From the human T2T-CHM13v2.0 reference genome, Homo sapiens: a DNA stretch of 64,000 nt. Within the stretch, counting starts at the first letter, position 1; every line of letters begins with the position of its first letter. The stretch is from NCBI RefSeq assembly GCF_009914755.1, contig NC_060935.1. One strand, written 5' to 3'. The position numbers and the translations under genes were made by a program. The notes beneath the pieces are model-generated. The model was given only the letters and a program-made list of their open reading frames with translations, did no database searches and was not told where the DNA came from. Below are positions 20,651 to 44,231 of this stretch, piece by piece.

Positions 20651-20961
20651 CGACCACAGAGGGTGGGGGCAAGACCGGGGTTGTGGGGGGTGCGTTTGGA
20701 AAGCAGGGTTAGGACTGGAATTCTAAGGTACCAGGAGGGAGAGACACACTCAGGGGCTCAGCTGGGTTCCTGGAGATCAACCTTTGGGGTCTGAGCCCCT
20801 CTGAGAGTCGAGCTCCTTTCCTGCGAGGCCCCGTCTAGGAGGGGCCTCAGGAAAATCGGGGCTGCCCAGCTGGTTCCGCAACTCCCCCCAGTTCTGAGGG
20901 AGGCTTCAGGGGATTACAGACGGTCTCAAGAGGGAGGCCCAGCCAGTCCCGCGGCCCCTGA

Positions 20962-25966
<5,005 letters not shown>

Positions 25967-27373
25967 TCAGGAACGGTGGCTTCAGAGACGTCTCTTGGGC
26001 CTTCCCTCTGGCCACGTCTGCACCCACCCCTCCTGGGCACCCTCCTAGCCTGCCATCCCTCACCTGCAGCCAGGCTCTCAGGGAAGGTCCATGCTGCTTG
26101 GCCTGAGTTCAAGGCTTTCTGCCTGTAGCCTGGACTCCCGTGGACCCCCGTGGGCAGGTGGCTTCCCCGTGGCATCTCCACACCGCCTCTGCCTGCCCCT
26201 GTGGACTGATGCTATCGCGCACCGTCCCACGACCCCACCCCGAGCTCCTGAAGCCGGGGTCTGAGCCTGCATCACCTCTGGCCTCTCATCCCCCACTCTC
26301 CTGAGAGCAGTGGTCACAGCGGCCGGCCGCTCTGCTGAGAAGGCAGAGAGGCAGGCTCAGGCCTCAGCGTGGACAGCAGGGATAAGGGGCACGAAGGACG
26401 GGGACTCGGCCCCTTCAGAATTCCTCAGGACTCTCAGGTGCAGCTTTGCCAAAAAGGAACTTTTCATGTCATGCAGTTGAGGGGACTTAGTCTCAATCCC
26501 AGGCTCCTCTTGACTCTGGGCAGCTTTAATCAGGTTGGGCAGCCTCTGCTACAGCGTGGAGTGGGATGGCTCTCTTCCCTCAGCCACGCCGCTTGTGAGG
26601 ACAGAGGTGGGGGAGTGGGAAGTGGGAAGTCACCAGAGAACAGGAGAGGGATTTGAGGGCGCGACCCCAGCGCTCTCCACGGACCAGCCAGAGGGACTGG
26701 AGCCAGGTGTGCATGGGTTCAAGGCCCTGGCCCTGCCCAGCCTCTGTCTTGGGAGCTCAGCCCCAGGGTTCGGTCGTCAGCAGTTTCCCAAGAACAAGAT
26801 GTGATGGCATCTGCTGCTGAAACCCTGATGAGGACCAGGCCCCCTGCACCGCTGTCAGCCTGAGGAATTAAAGCTTTGGTGCTGGGAAGAGCATTATTCC
26901 TCTGAGGAGCCGCTGTGCTTCCTTCTGAAGTGAGGGCCGTGCCCCGGGTCCCATTTCTCCTTTCACTTGAGTCGGGAAGCACAGCAACTTTAAGGCTCGC
27001 GCCCAGCAACATGGCTCCCCTCGCATCTGCATCTCCCTCCTGCTCTGGTGTTGCCGCTGCACCCTGTCCTCGGAGGACAGCAGAGGTTTGGACGGAGACT
27101 CAGGGAGGGAGGGAAGGAGGCAAGGACGCCTGTGGAAACATCTTTCAGGCAGCTCTAGGGTCTGGGGGCCAGGATGCCTGGGTCTCCCAAGGCCTGTCTG
27201 CTGTCTCTGCCACCCTCAGCGGCTGCCAGAAGCAGCGTGTGGGGGAGGCATGTGCTGCAGCACACCTGCGGCCGAGACCAGCACTCAGAGGTCGGCTCCC
27301 CTGACAGGAACCGTGTAGGGTGCAGAAGGCTGAGACCTGTGGACACTGCGTGTTTTATGGCAGCTTGCTTGCT

Positions 27374-27617
27374 GGGGCTCATGGCCACAGTGGAGAGGGG
27401 CCGTGGGTCAGGGCAGCCCGGTGTGCAGTCCAGTGCCGGGCAGGAGTCTCGCAGGGGCTCATGACCACAGTGGAGAGGGGCTGTGGGTCAGGGGCAGCCT
27501 GGCGTGCAGTCCAGTGCCGGGCAGGAGTCTCACAGGGGCTCGTGGCCACAGTGGAGAGGGGCTGTGGGTCAGGGGGCAGCCCGGCATGCAGTCCAGTGCC
27601 GGGCAGGAGTCTCGCAG
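27374..27617. repeat. 80-81-bp tandem repeat x3
   Basis: GGGGCTC(A/G)TG(G/A)CCACAGTGGAGAGGGG... units start at 27374, 27454 and 27535. Confidence 0.9.
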
Positions 27618-28794
27618 AATGCAGCCTGACGCCTCCACGTGGCTCCCCCGGCCCCTACAGGCTCCCTCAGCTGCAGAGCTGGGTCCCATCCGACGCTGTC
27701 GCTGGGCAGCGAGAGGCAGAGGCAGGTTCCCCGAGGGAAGCATGGGCCCCTTCTCCCGGCCACGGTTGCCCCAGCAGGAGTTCATCTTTGCAGCCCCAGA
27801 GCCAGGGTGATGTGGGCACAGGTGTCAAGTCAGGGTGGTCGGTAGCCTTGCGCCCGCAGGAGAGATATGGCCTGAAGCCTGCTGCACGTGCGTGCCACGC
27901 GCGTGTGGGGCCACCTCTGCACATCCTGAGGTGACCCTTTTGGGGGGGTCGTGATGGTCAGTGCACGTGTGCCGGCAGGGCTGGTCAGGGTTCATCGCCT
28001 GCCCAGGAGCCTGAGCCTGAGGCAGGGAGGTGCTGGTGACCGTTCCCCCAAGGTGGCTCACCCACAGCACCGGGAATGGACCAGGTCGTCCCTGCCCCTC
28101 AGTAAGCCTGGGGACTGGCAGACCGTCTCTTTTCTGGGGACACGTATCCAGCCACACATGGGCTGACCCCCTCCCAGTCTCTGCACCCGACACAGTTTGA
28201 TCCCTTCTCAGGCCAATCCTGAGGCTCAGGGCTGGCACACTGTCTCTATCCCAAGGCAAGCACAGGTGGGCACACTGCCCTTGTCCTTGGTCCACTGTGG
28301 GACTGGTCCTGTCTGTCTCCAGCGCCCAGCATGGCCTCCACACACCTCTGCCTCCAGGGCTGGCTGGGCCTGCCCTCAGAGTCCCTGCCACGCCAGCCGT
28401 TGGCTGCAGGCATATCACAGATAGGGGATGCTGCCCAGGGCTCCGAGTAGACCAAAAGATTCCTGCCCACAGCCCAGGAAGAGCAGGCAGGCAACAGCGA
28501 TTCCCCGGGAAGGGAAGGGCCCCGGAGTGGGGTGCTCAGAACCCTGGGCCACTGTGCTGTTAACCACCACCTCCCCGCAATGGCTGGCCTCAGCGAGGCC
28601 CCAGGGCCTCCCCGCAGCCTCGCAGTGTGCATGTCCCTGGCCCTCTCCCATCACCAGGCTGTGGTGGGTGTGTGGGGAGGCTGTGGTACACAACGCAGGT
28701 AAAATAATATGAGAACATGCACCCAGCACCAGGGGACTCAGAGAATGTTGCACACATGCCCATTTTCTGCCTTTCTGGATATAGTTTGGTTGGG

Positions 28795-28828
<34 letters not shown>
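28795..28828. repeat. Compound (GT)n(GA)n microsatellite
   Basis: Read directly from the sequence. Confidence 0.95.
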
Positions 28829-29721
28829 AAGGGAAGCTGCTATCCTTCCCACATGTGTATGTGTGTGTGTCCAGCCCCACCCATGGGATCATCCCCGCCC
28901 TGCCTTTCTAGCCACCCTCACTGGCCCAGGAGGGAGGGAAACCACCGTGGGGACTGGGATTTCTCAGAATTAAGGGGGCACGCAGGGTCATGGGGACAGA
29001 CAGAATGACCCAGAAAGGAAGGAGGTGTACACCAGACCGCAGATGGAGCCCACCCACAGGCACGGACTCTCACGCAGACTTCGAGCACGCACACACATGC
29101 GCACAGAGAGATGGGGTGGACACACGTGGGGTTGGGACGCACCCATGATGTTCTGGAGCACAGGCCGCTAAACCACAGAGCAGCAGAGATCAAAGGCCTG
29201 GGCTCTCAAACTTAGTCTAAAATACTCTGGGCCTCCGCCCCGTAAGCCACAGGCCGCCCAGTGGCTGAGAGAAGGGGACAGTTGGGGCCAAGCAGGGCTG
29301 CTGAGCTGCGGGGGGCGCTCCCGCCACTGACTCTGGGGGCTGGCCCTGTGGCATTTGGCTTTGGTGGTCCCTAGGGCAGCTCCTTCCCCCACGCTAGGCA
29401 GGAAAGAGGCCAGGAGGCACTTTCTGGAACCAGGCACTTTTAATCGTGGAACCGAGGGGCCTGGAGTGTGAGGAGGGAGGGGCAGGATCGGGGGCAGAGT
29501 TAGGGCCCGGGAACTCTCGGGTTAGGGTGAAGACCCCGGGGTCTGACTGGTTCAGCCTTAGGTGCCCATGTTGGGGCTGGAGGGCCCCAGGATCAGGATG
29601 GGGCAGGGATGGAGGCCCCACAGAAGGAGGGCCAGGCTCCGGGGAGTCAGTATTGGGCCCCAGGGGCAGCAGCCTGGGGTCAGTGTCCTGGGGCTAGTGC
29701 CCCAGATCAGGACCCAGCCTG

Positions 29722-30768
<1,047 letters not shown>

Positions 30769-31879
30769 TCACTTATAGCCCTGTCGCCCTCCCGGCCCAG
30801 CCCCTCGACGCTATATATAACACAAATTACAGCCTGCGGGCCGAGGGTGCGGCCCGCCCCTTAGCCCCCACCCCAGGGAGCCCCTGTCCGAGGCTGCCTT
30901 GGACCACCCAGCAGGGTCCCTCCTGACAGACATCCCATCTGGGAGCCCCCCGCTTGGAAGGCTACGGCCGGGCAGTGGCAGAGACCCCCACCCATCCCCC
31001 CACCCCCATCAAAGGCTGCTGGCCAAGTGGGCAGTGGGCAGACCACTGGCCAGAGCCCCCTCCGTCCAGGCCAAGAAGAGTTGGAGGTGTCGCCTCAGGG
31101 CCATGGGCCTCATAATTCAGGGATGTACAGGAGCCCCCTCCTCAGAACCAGAGCTGCTGAAACTGCAGCCCCTTCATTCCCAGAACTCAACTCTGCCCCT
31201 AACACTCTCAGAGCACCAGCGCCAGGCCCTAGGAGCGCAGGCATCCCTGCAAGGGGGACAGGGAGGGCGGCTGTCGGAGGAGGGCGCGAGAGAGAAGGAG
31301 AGAACCACATGGGGGGAAAGCCAGGGGGTGCAGCCTGTTAGGAGCCGGCAGGGGGACCCCCAGGGACCAGCAACAGCTGTTAACACTGGTGTCGGGATGC
31401 AGGGAGCCTGTGGGCTCCTGTGGTGGACACTCCCCTCAGCCTCCTCGGGTGCCCTCCCTGATCCCAGAATGTCTGTGGTGAGTGGTCCTGTTTAGGGCTC
31501 AAGGTCCGCCCCAGTCTTGTCTCTGGCTGTAGATGCCTGTGTGTGCTGACGACTCACATTTATGTCTTCAGCCCAGACTTCCCCCCAAAGACATTGGCTT
31601 GGTCCCCAGCTCTGGACACACACACGCAACTCCTGCTCTGTGGACCTCCACCCACGTGCCAACAATAGACCCTGGATCCTCCCTCCCAACCTCCTCTGCC
31701 AAGCCTTCCCCGGAGCAGTGGTGGCAACTGCACCGGGCCAGAAGGCTCAGCTTCCCCGTCTCCCAGTCGGCCACACTCCTGAGTGCCCAGGACCAAGCTG
31801 CCCTCCCTCCTCCAGGACGCACACTCGCCACCTGCAGGGGATGGTTGGGTGGGGGGTTCCTTGCTGCTGTGCTTGAGCC

Positions 31880-37520
<5,641 letters not shown>

Positions 37521-38715
37521 TCAGCACTCCAGTCCAGTCAGGAGGGCTTCAGACCACGAAGAGGGGAGGTGTCCCCACGGCAGAGCTAGACACAGATCCC
37601 AGGACATTCTGTGTGTGGGGGAGACATGGCCCAGAATAGAAGGCCTGTAGAGGCCTGGACATGGCTAAGCCCTTAGAGCTCACCCCAGCCAGCAGAAGGA
37701 GGAGGACTTAGGGTGTTCGACGTCGAGAAGCACTGTGAGTCGATGGTAGACACAGCCATTGTTAAAGTTAAATCTTAGGAATCTTAGAAATTATCAATAA
37801 AATTTATCTTATAGAGCCAAAGTCATCGTTACTCAAACACATCACTCTGCAGTTACACGGCTGCACGCTACCGTCATGTAAACTCTGGAATACTGACGTG
37901 GACCTGACCACCCGCTGAGGTGAAAGGCTACAGCAGGGTGAGCAGCTGCCCATCTCTGTAAATTCCACCCTCAGCGATGTCCTCTGCGGAGTCTGGCCTG
38001 GTGGGAGAATAAGCCCAGGAAAACGGGCCCATGTAGCACATCAGGAATTAAACAGGGCGCAGGTCGCGGTGCACATAGGCCTGCAGGCCACGTTCCTGCC
38101 CCTGTGACCCGCACTGCCCCCTCTGACAAGCTCAAGTGCACAGCATCAGCTCAGTTTGCTGCAATAGCCTCTGCCAAGGAAGGTCCAGGAAGAAGCCCAG
38201 AGGCCACACAAGGTGTTTCCACAGGGAGGCTGTAACCTCAGGAGCTGCTCAGAGGCAGCACCGGTTCACGGGAAAAACAGGCGGCAACTACAGGAAGCAG
38301 CTGGCACCCGTGTGAGGACCCAGGGAAGAGGCAGAGATGATCAGAACCTGGAAATCTGGAGGGTGCCCCAGGGACCAGCCAGCCAGAGCTCTGGGCAGCG
38401 TGGGTGCTGCTGGGCTGTGTGGAGCGGGTCTGGGAGCCGTCACCCAGGTGGGCCTCCAGGGGAAAGGGCCATGGCTCCTAACTCCACCGTCCAGGTCTCT
38501 GCTATTGGCATCCCACAGCCCCCTCTTCTGTCAGTGCTCCCAGAGTCCCCTTTCCTGGGCCTGGAGGGCTCCTTTGGGGCAGGCAACATTGGCCGCCAAC
38601 CCTCTGACCTGCACCAGGAGACACGGGGACCTTTAACCCCCAAACCCGCATGGAGCAGGACTGCAACCCCAGCAAAGGACAAGGGATGTCAGCAGATGAG
38701 GCCTGTGACAAGTGA

Positions 38716-39020
<305 letters not shown>

Positions 39021-39336
39021 CAGAGGTGAGGGCTTTGGGGGAACGGTTGTGGGGCCTGGAGTGTGGAGGCGTCAGCGCAGGCCTGGCAGGAGCCCTGAAC
39101 CGGGACAGTGAGGTCCTGCAGCTGCTGGCCTGGGGTGTGGAGACCCCCAACACAGGGGAAGTCTCCAGGACCTCCACACCACTAACAAGATGAGCCTTGT
39201 GCTCCTTTGGGCTCTAGAGAGGAAGCCCCTCTTAGCCCTCAGCCCCTCTTTCCTCCCTCTCCTAAAGTAATTTGATCCTCAGGAATTTGTTCCGCCCTCA
39301 TCTGGCCCTGGCCAGCTCTGCATTTGACAAATGCCA

Positions 39337-39366
39337 GGAAGAGGAAACTGTTGAGAAAACGGAACT
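39337..39366 (+). promoter_or_regulatory. IFITM2 tandem ISRE-like elements (both imperfect)
   Basis: GGAAGAGGAAACT and GAGAAAACGGAACT; each deviates from GAAANNGAAA. Confidence 0.7.
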
Positions 39367-39426
39367 ACTGGGGAAAGGGAGGGCTCACTGAGAACCATCC
39401 CGGTAACCCGATCACCGCTGGTCACC

Positions 39427-40400
39427 ATGAACCACATTGTGCAAACCTTCTCTCCTGTCAACAGCGGCCAGCCTCCCAACTACGAGATGCTCAAGGAGGA
39501 GCAGGAAGTGGCTATGCTGGGGGCGCCCCACAACCCTGCTCCCCCGATGTCCACCGTGATCCACATCCGCAGCGAGACCTCCGTGCCTGACCATGTCGTC
39601 TGGTCCCTGTTCAACACCCTCTTCATGAACACCTGCTGCCTGGGCTTCATAGCATTCGCCTACTCCGTGAAGGTGCGTATGGCCCTGGCGGAAATCCAGG
39701 GGGTGCCGGTGAGCCTGGGGCTCCACCTGCCCACATGCTGCCTGGGGTGGGGACTTGTGTGTCCCTGTGACTGTGAGTTTGTGTGCACCTCTGTCCTGTG
39801 TGTGCCCACGTCAGTGGCTTTGTCTGTGTGATCTGTGTGTGTGTGTGGCTTGGGGAATCTGCCCAGTGCAGGTCTAGGAGGAGGCTCCAGGAGGCTGGCT
39901 GGCTGGCTCAGAGTCTGTCCCCGGCTATCCACTAGCCCAGAGCAGTTCTCCCTATAGCCCAGTAAGAAATTACACCTTCACCTTCCAGACTGGCACCCAG
40001 GCTCTCCCAGAAAGTGAGAAGGGAACTCACAGGTGACTTCACCCCATGGTGGGGAGAACAGCCTGTGCTGGGGCCAAGGCAGAAGGAGGATGAGCCCCGA
40101 GGCTCCTGGAGAGTCTGAGCCCGGGTGAGGAAGGGGAGGAGGTGGTCCCTGATCTCAGGGCAGGGAGGAGACAGTGAGGAGCTGGAGCCATAGCACGCGG
40201 CTCTCAGCTGGGGGATCCTGGTCCCCTCACCATCTCCTCTCCCCCAGTCTAGGGACAGGAAGATGGTTGGCGACGTGACCGGGGCCCAGGCCTATGCCTC
40301 CACCGCCAAGTGCCTGAACATCTGGGCCCTGATTTTGGGCATCTTCATGACCATTCTGCTCATCATCATCCCAGTGTTGGTCGTCCAGGCCCAGCGATAG
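39427..40400 (+). CDS. IFITM2: Interferon-induced transmembrane protein 2, 132 aa
   Basis: Exon 1 39427-39672, exon 2 40248-40400 (399 nt). [22 protein letters not shown]...VVQAQR; CD225 domain; AATAAA at 40608. Confidence 0.98.
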
Positions 40401-40416
40401 ATCAGGAGGCATCATT

Positions 40417-40552
40417 GAGGCCAGGAGCTCTGCCCGTGACCTGTATCCCACGTACTCTATCTTCCATTCCTCGCCCTGCCCCCAGAGGCCAGGAGCTCTG
40501 CCCTTGACCTGTATTCCACTTACTCCACCTTCCATTCCTCGCCCTGTCCCCA
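40417..40552 (+). repeat. 68-bp tandem duplication in IFITM2 3'UTR
   Basis: GAGGCCAGGAGCTCTGCCC..CTTCCATTCCTCGCCCTG at 40417 and 40485; only one copy in the IFITM3 3'UTR. Confidence 0.9.
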
Positions 40553-40679
40553 CAGCCGAGTCCTGCATCAGCCCTTTATCCTCACACGCTTTTCTACAAT
40601 GGCATTCAATAAAGTGTATATGTTTCTGGTGCTGCTGTGACTTCACCTGGGGAGCGGTCCTGCTGGTTCTGAGATTAAA

Positions 40680-41399
40680 TGTAATGCCAAACGTTCTTGC
40701 CTTAGCCACACCAAAGAATTGGGTGTGGCGGCTGCCCGCGGCGAGTGATGGAGACACAGACCAAGAGAAGAAAAAAACTGTAGGTTTTATTGAGCAGAGT
40801 GACAGTACAAAGCTTACACAGCATGGAAGGGGTCCGGAGAGGGTAGCCACTGTTGGTTTTGGGTGATTGCCTTTTAATCTCTTTAAGGCGGGAAATACAT
40901 GTGGTGGGAAGATGTTACCAGAGAGAGAAACAAAGGCAGTAAATTATTTTGTGACATGTCTTAGATTTTGAGGAAAAACAGAATTGCAACTTAGGTTTTA
41001 TCTAATTTTATCTACTTTATGACCTTGCAGCAGCATGGCAAAAGAGACAGGATTTTACAGGACTTTACAAAGTATGTTCACAAGGAATTGGAATTGGGAG
41101 CATAGATAAGGTCCGCTGGTCACAGAAAAAGGGTCTTTTAACATTCCTTTTAGTTTTAGGGGAGGGGGAAGGAAGAGAGGGAGAGAGGACACAGGGAAGC
41201 TTACAGCAGAATTTTTGCTGTTTATAGCTTTCTTGGGGAAGGAAACACATGCACAAATCCTGGTGTTAGGAATATTTTAGGCATGTATCTTCAGTACTCT
41301 TCATCCAGGACCGAAGTAAGTCCTGATGCAGGAAATGAGTGTTTCACAGCTTTCTGAACCCCTACTCGACCCAGGAAGCCCAGCTGGACCCTCCTTTCA
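40680..41399 (-). mobile_element. Solo ERV1 LTR (LTR30-like)
   Basis: TG...CA bounded 720-bp insert absent from the IFITM3-side copy. Minus strand begins TGAAAGGAGGGTCCAGCTGGGCTTCCTGGGTCGAGTAGGGG, resembling recalled LTR30. Confidence 0.75.
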
Positions 41400-43070
41400 T
41401 GAGCAGGTTGGTCAGCCCCTGCACTGCCCCTTCCAGCCTCTGTGCATCTCTTGGGGACGGGGCAAGTGCTCAGGCCTTCTGGTTTCGGGCCTCCTGCCGT
41501 GAGCAGCAGCTGGATCCAGGACCCTGGGAGGAGTTCCTGTGTCCTGCAGGTCTCAGCTCCTACTCAACGTGGGCTCTTTCCGGGAACGTCAGTGCTGAGT
41601 CCGGGACACCCTGGGCCCAAGGCCACGCTCGCGGCCTGTCGGCAATCCAGGCTGTCGGCTCAGGACAGAGGGAAGGGTTAAGCCCCCAGCAGGGCCAGGG
41701 AGGGGCAAGGTGGCACCGGCTCCCCAGCTGCTCCCAGGCCCTGCTCTGTGGTGCTGGGGACCTGGCTTTAGTTCCTCGGGGTGGAGGGGGCACCGCGCTG
41801 CCTGCCTCCGAGCTGTCTGGAGCAGCCAGTCCTGCAGATGTGGGCAGCTCAGGGCCCGTGGGAGGGAGGGGGCTTTGTGCCCAGGGCAGCAGCTGAAGGA
41901 GCCCCGGGCCTCGCAGCCCCTCCTGGGTGACCAGGTGCTGCTTCGTGGCAGCTGCCCCCTCCCGTCCAGCGGGTATGGGCCCTGCTCCCCCGTGGTGGGG
42001 GCGGCGCAGGAGAGTGGAGCGACCCTCATCGAAGTTACCTCTACCCGGGTCTGAGCCCCCGGACAGACACCCCCGCCCCGACCTGGTTACAGCGCCCTTC
42101 CCCGGTTCGGTCTCCGGTGTGCGCATGTGGGGTGCCCCATGGGCGGCCGCGGTGGGAGCTGGGGTGGCCATGCGCGCCCCCGCCCCGCCGTCCACCCGCG
42201 ACTCCAGGTCTGGATCTACTCGCCCTCCCCACCCTTTCCCGCCCCCAGCCCCGGAGCCGCGCTCTCACCCCAGGGGCGGCAAGGGCGATGGACGCGGAGG
42301 AAGCGCCCTCTCCCCCTCGGGGGTCTCCCGGAGGCGAGTCCCGAAGGGGGCGAACTCCGAAGTGGGTCCCGGGTGGGAGGCGCGCGGCCCCGCCCGGCGG
42401 GGAGGGGGAAGCGGCGGAGGCGGGTGCTCAGCGGCGCCCCTGGCGGCGGCCGGCGCAGGTGCAGGTCCCGGAGGAGGCTCCGCCCGCAGCCCAGACCCCC
42501 GCGGGGTGGGCGGGACGCGGACCCTGAGACCCGCAGCGCCGGACCCGGACGGGAGCCCCTCTCCTCCCCCTCGGGCACGTCCCCGGCCGAGCCTTCCCGC
42601 CCTCCTCTGGGGCTCCCACCTCCCCTTCACCCGCGGGGGACCCGATTTCCGCGTCTCCTGGGCCCCTCCCTGGGCAGGGGGTCCAGCCGGAATCCAGGAG
42701 TGACCTGCTGGAGGACTTGGTGGCCAGGGAGTCACCCTGGGAGCCCGGTCCTGTGACCCCTTAATGGATTCTCTGCGCTCCTGGGCGGGCCCCTTGGTCG
42801 CATCGGGGCAGGGGAATCGCAATAAGGAAAGTGTAATTCACGCAGAGCCGGCTGCGGGGGAGACGGGAGTTTTATTATTACTCAAATCCTTCTCCCCAAA
42901 AACGTGGGGATCCGAGTTTCGAAGGATGATATGGTGGGTAGGCGGCCAGTGAGTCAGGAGCGCTGACCGGTCCGGTTGGAGATGAAGTCTTGGGGAGTCG
43001 AAGCTGTCTTCCCAACCCTAACCCAGCTCCTCGGTGGGGGCCACAGGACCACATGAGCAAGATTGTGGAT
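41400..43070 (+). repeat. Inverted segmental repeat, left arm (~1.67 kb)
   Basis: Reverse complement of 49179-50849 (position sum 92249). Mirrored identical ORFs in the track, e.g. 41927-42703 vs 49546-50322. Only about 3 mismatches noticed by eye. Confidence 0.97.
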
Positions 43071-43437
43071 AAACCTGACCACGTTTCAGGTTTTTTTCTA
43101 TCTACTGGGAGACTGCCTTTCCTTGGCGCTGGTTGCTACCAATTATTATTTTAGAGAAACAGTGCAACAACCACCTGACCATCACCTGAGGGGTCGCCTG
43201 ACATTCCTGGTTGTGGGTGGGAAGCGCTCTCCTGTCCTGCTCAAGCCGGAGGAGCTACCTGCTGTAACAGTATCAGTGAGAAGAATTATTATAACTGTGA
43301 GCTGAGCTAGCCCACCCACAATCTTGCCTTTCCTTTAATTATTCCTGGTTTTTGGGGCCAAGCTGACTTTGAGAGACATTTAGGCTATAGTTTAAATGAC
43401 AACAGGCCTTGTGTGAAACTCAGCAGCTCATCATGAT

Positions 43438-44231
43438 TGAGGACTAAACTCTGATTTTTTATCTTGCCCAAATTCCTACCTAAGGGGCTTGGGGAGTCAT
43501 GCCCTACAAACCATAAATTCTCATCAGATGGGTTTTATTTAACCACGTATATCATGACTTACTTTCCAACCTGGCCCTGGCAGAACATTACGATATGAGG
43601 AAGAAAATAAAAATATTTTGCCCCAAAACAAGTTTCTTTGCCATATTTTGAAATGGCCCCGGCAAAGCTGTTCTTTGTAGGGGGAAATTTGCAGCTGTAA
43701 AGAATCTCTATTAACATAGCTAAATCTTTTTCTTCCAGACCCTCCCAATCCTGAAGAGATTAACAGTCTAGCACCTTTTAGGAATAGGAAACATTCGTCA
43801 TCTATTGTCTCTAAGGGCAGCCACTATAAGACTTCAAAAGAACTTTGGTCTCCATAATCTTTATTTTAACCTGAACACCCCCTTTCTACCAATCCCAGGT
43901 CTTTAGACAAACTCAAGGACTCAATCGTCAACCAGAGGATTAAATTCACCTGTAGCCTGGGGCACTGCGCCGCCCCCCCACCCCCCAGCTTTGTGTTGTC
44001 CCGCCTTTCCCGACCAAACCAATGTATTTTTTTTTCAATGTATTTCTTAAATGTATTTCATTGATGCCTCATGTCTTCCTAAAATATATAAAACCAAGCT
44101 GGGCCCCGACCACCTTGGGCCCATGTTCTCAAGACCTCCTGAGGGCCGTGTCACGAGCCACGGTCACTCATATTTTGGCTTAGAATAAATCTCTTCAAAT
44201 ATTTTACAGAGTTCGACTCTTTTCGTCCACA
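43438..44231 (+). mobile_element. MER4-group LTR
   Basis: TGAGGACTAAACTCTGATTTTTT ... AATAAATCTCTTCAAATATTTTACAGAGTTCGACTCTTTTCGTCCACA; same family as the minus-strand copy at 32655-34220. Confidence 0.8.

Noticed and set aside
41560-42822. Long overlapping GC-rich ORFs, with mirror copies at 49427-50689 and similar ones at 19781-20794 and 44372-45631
   Set aside because: Stop-poor CpG islands giving Pro/Gly/Arg/Ala low-complexity translations in several frames, with no recognisable domain.
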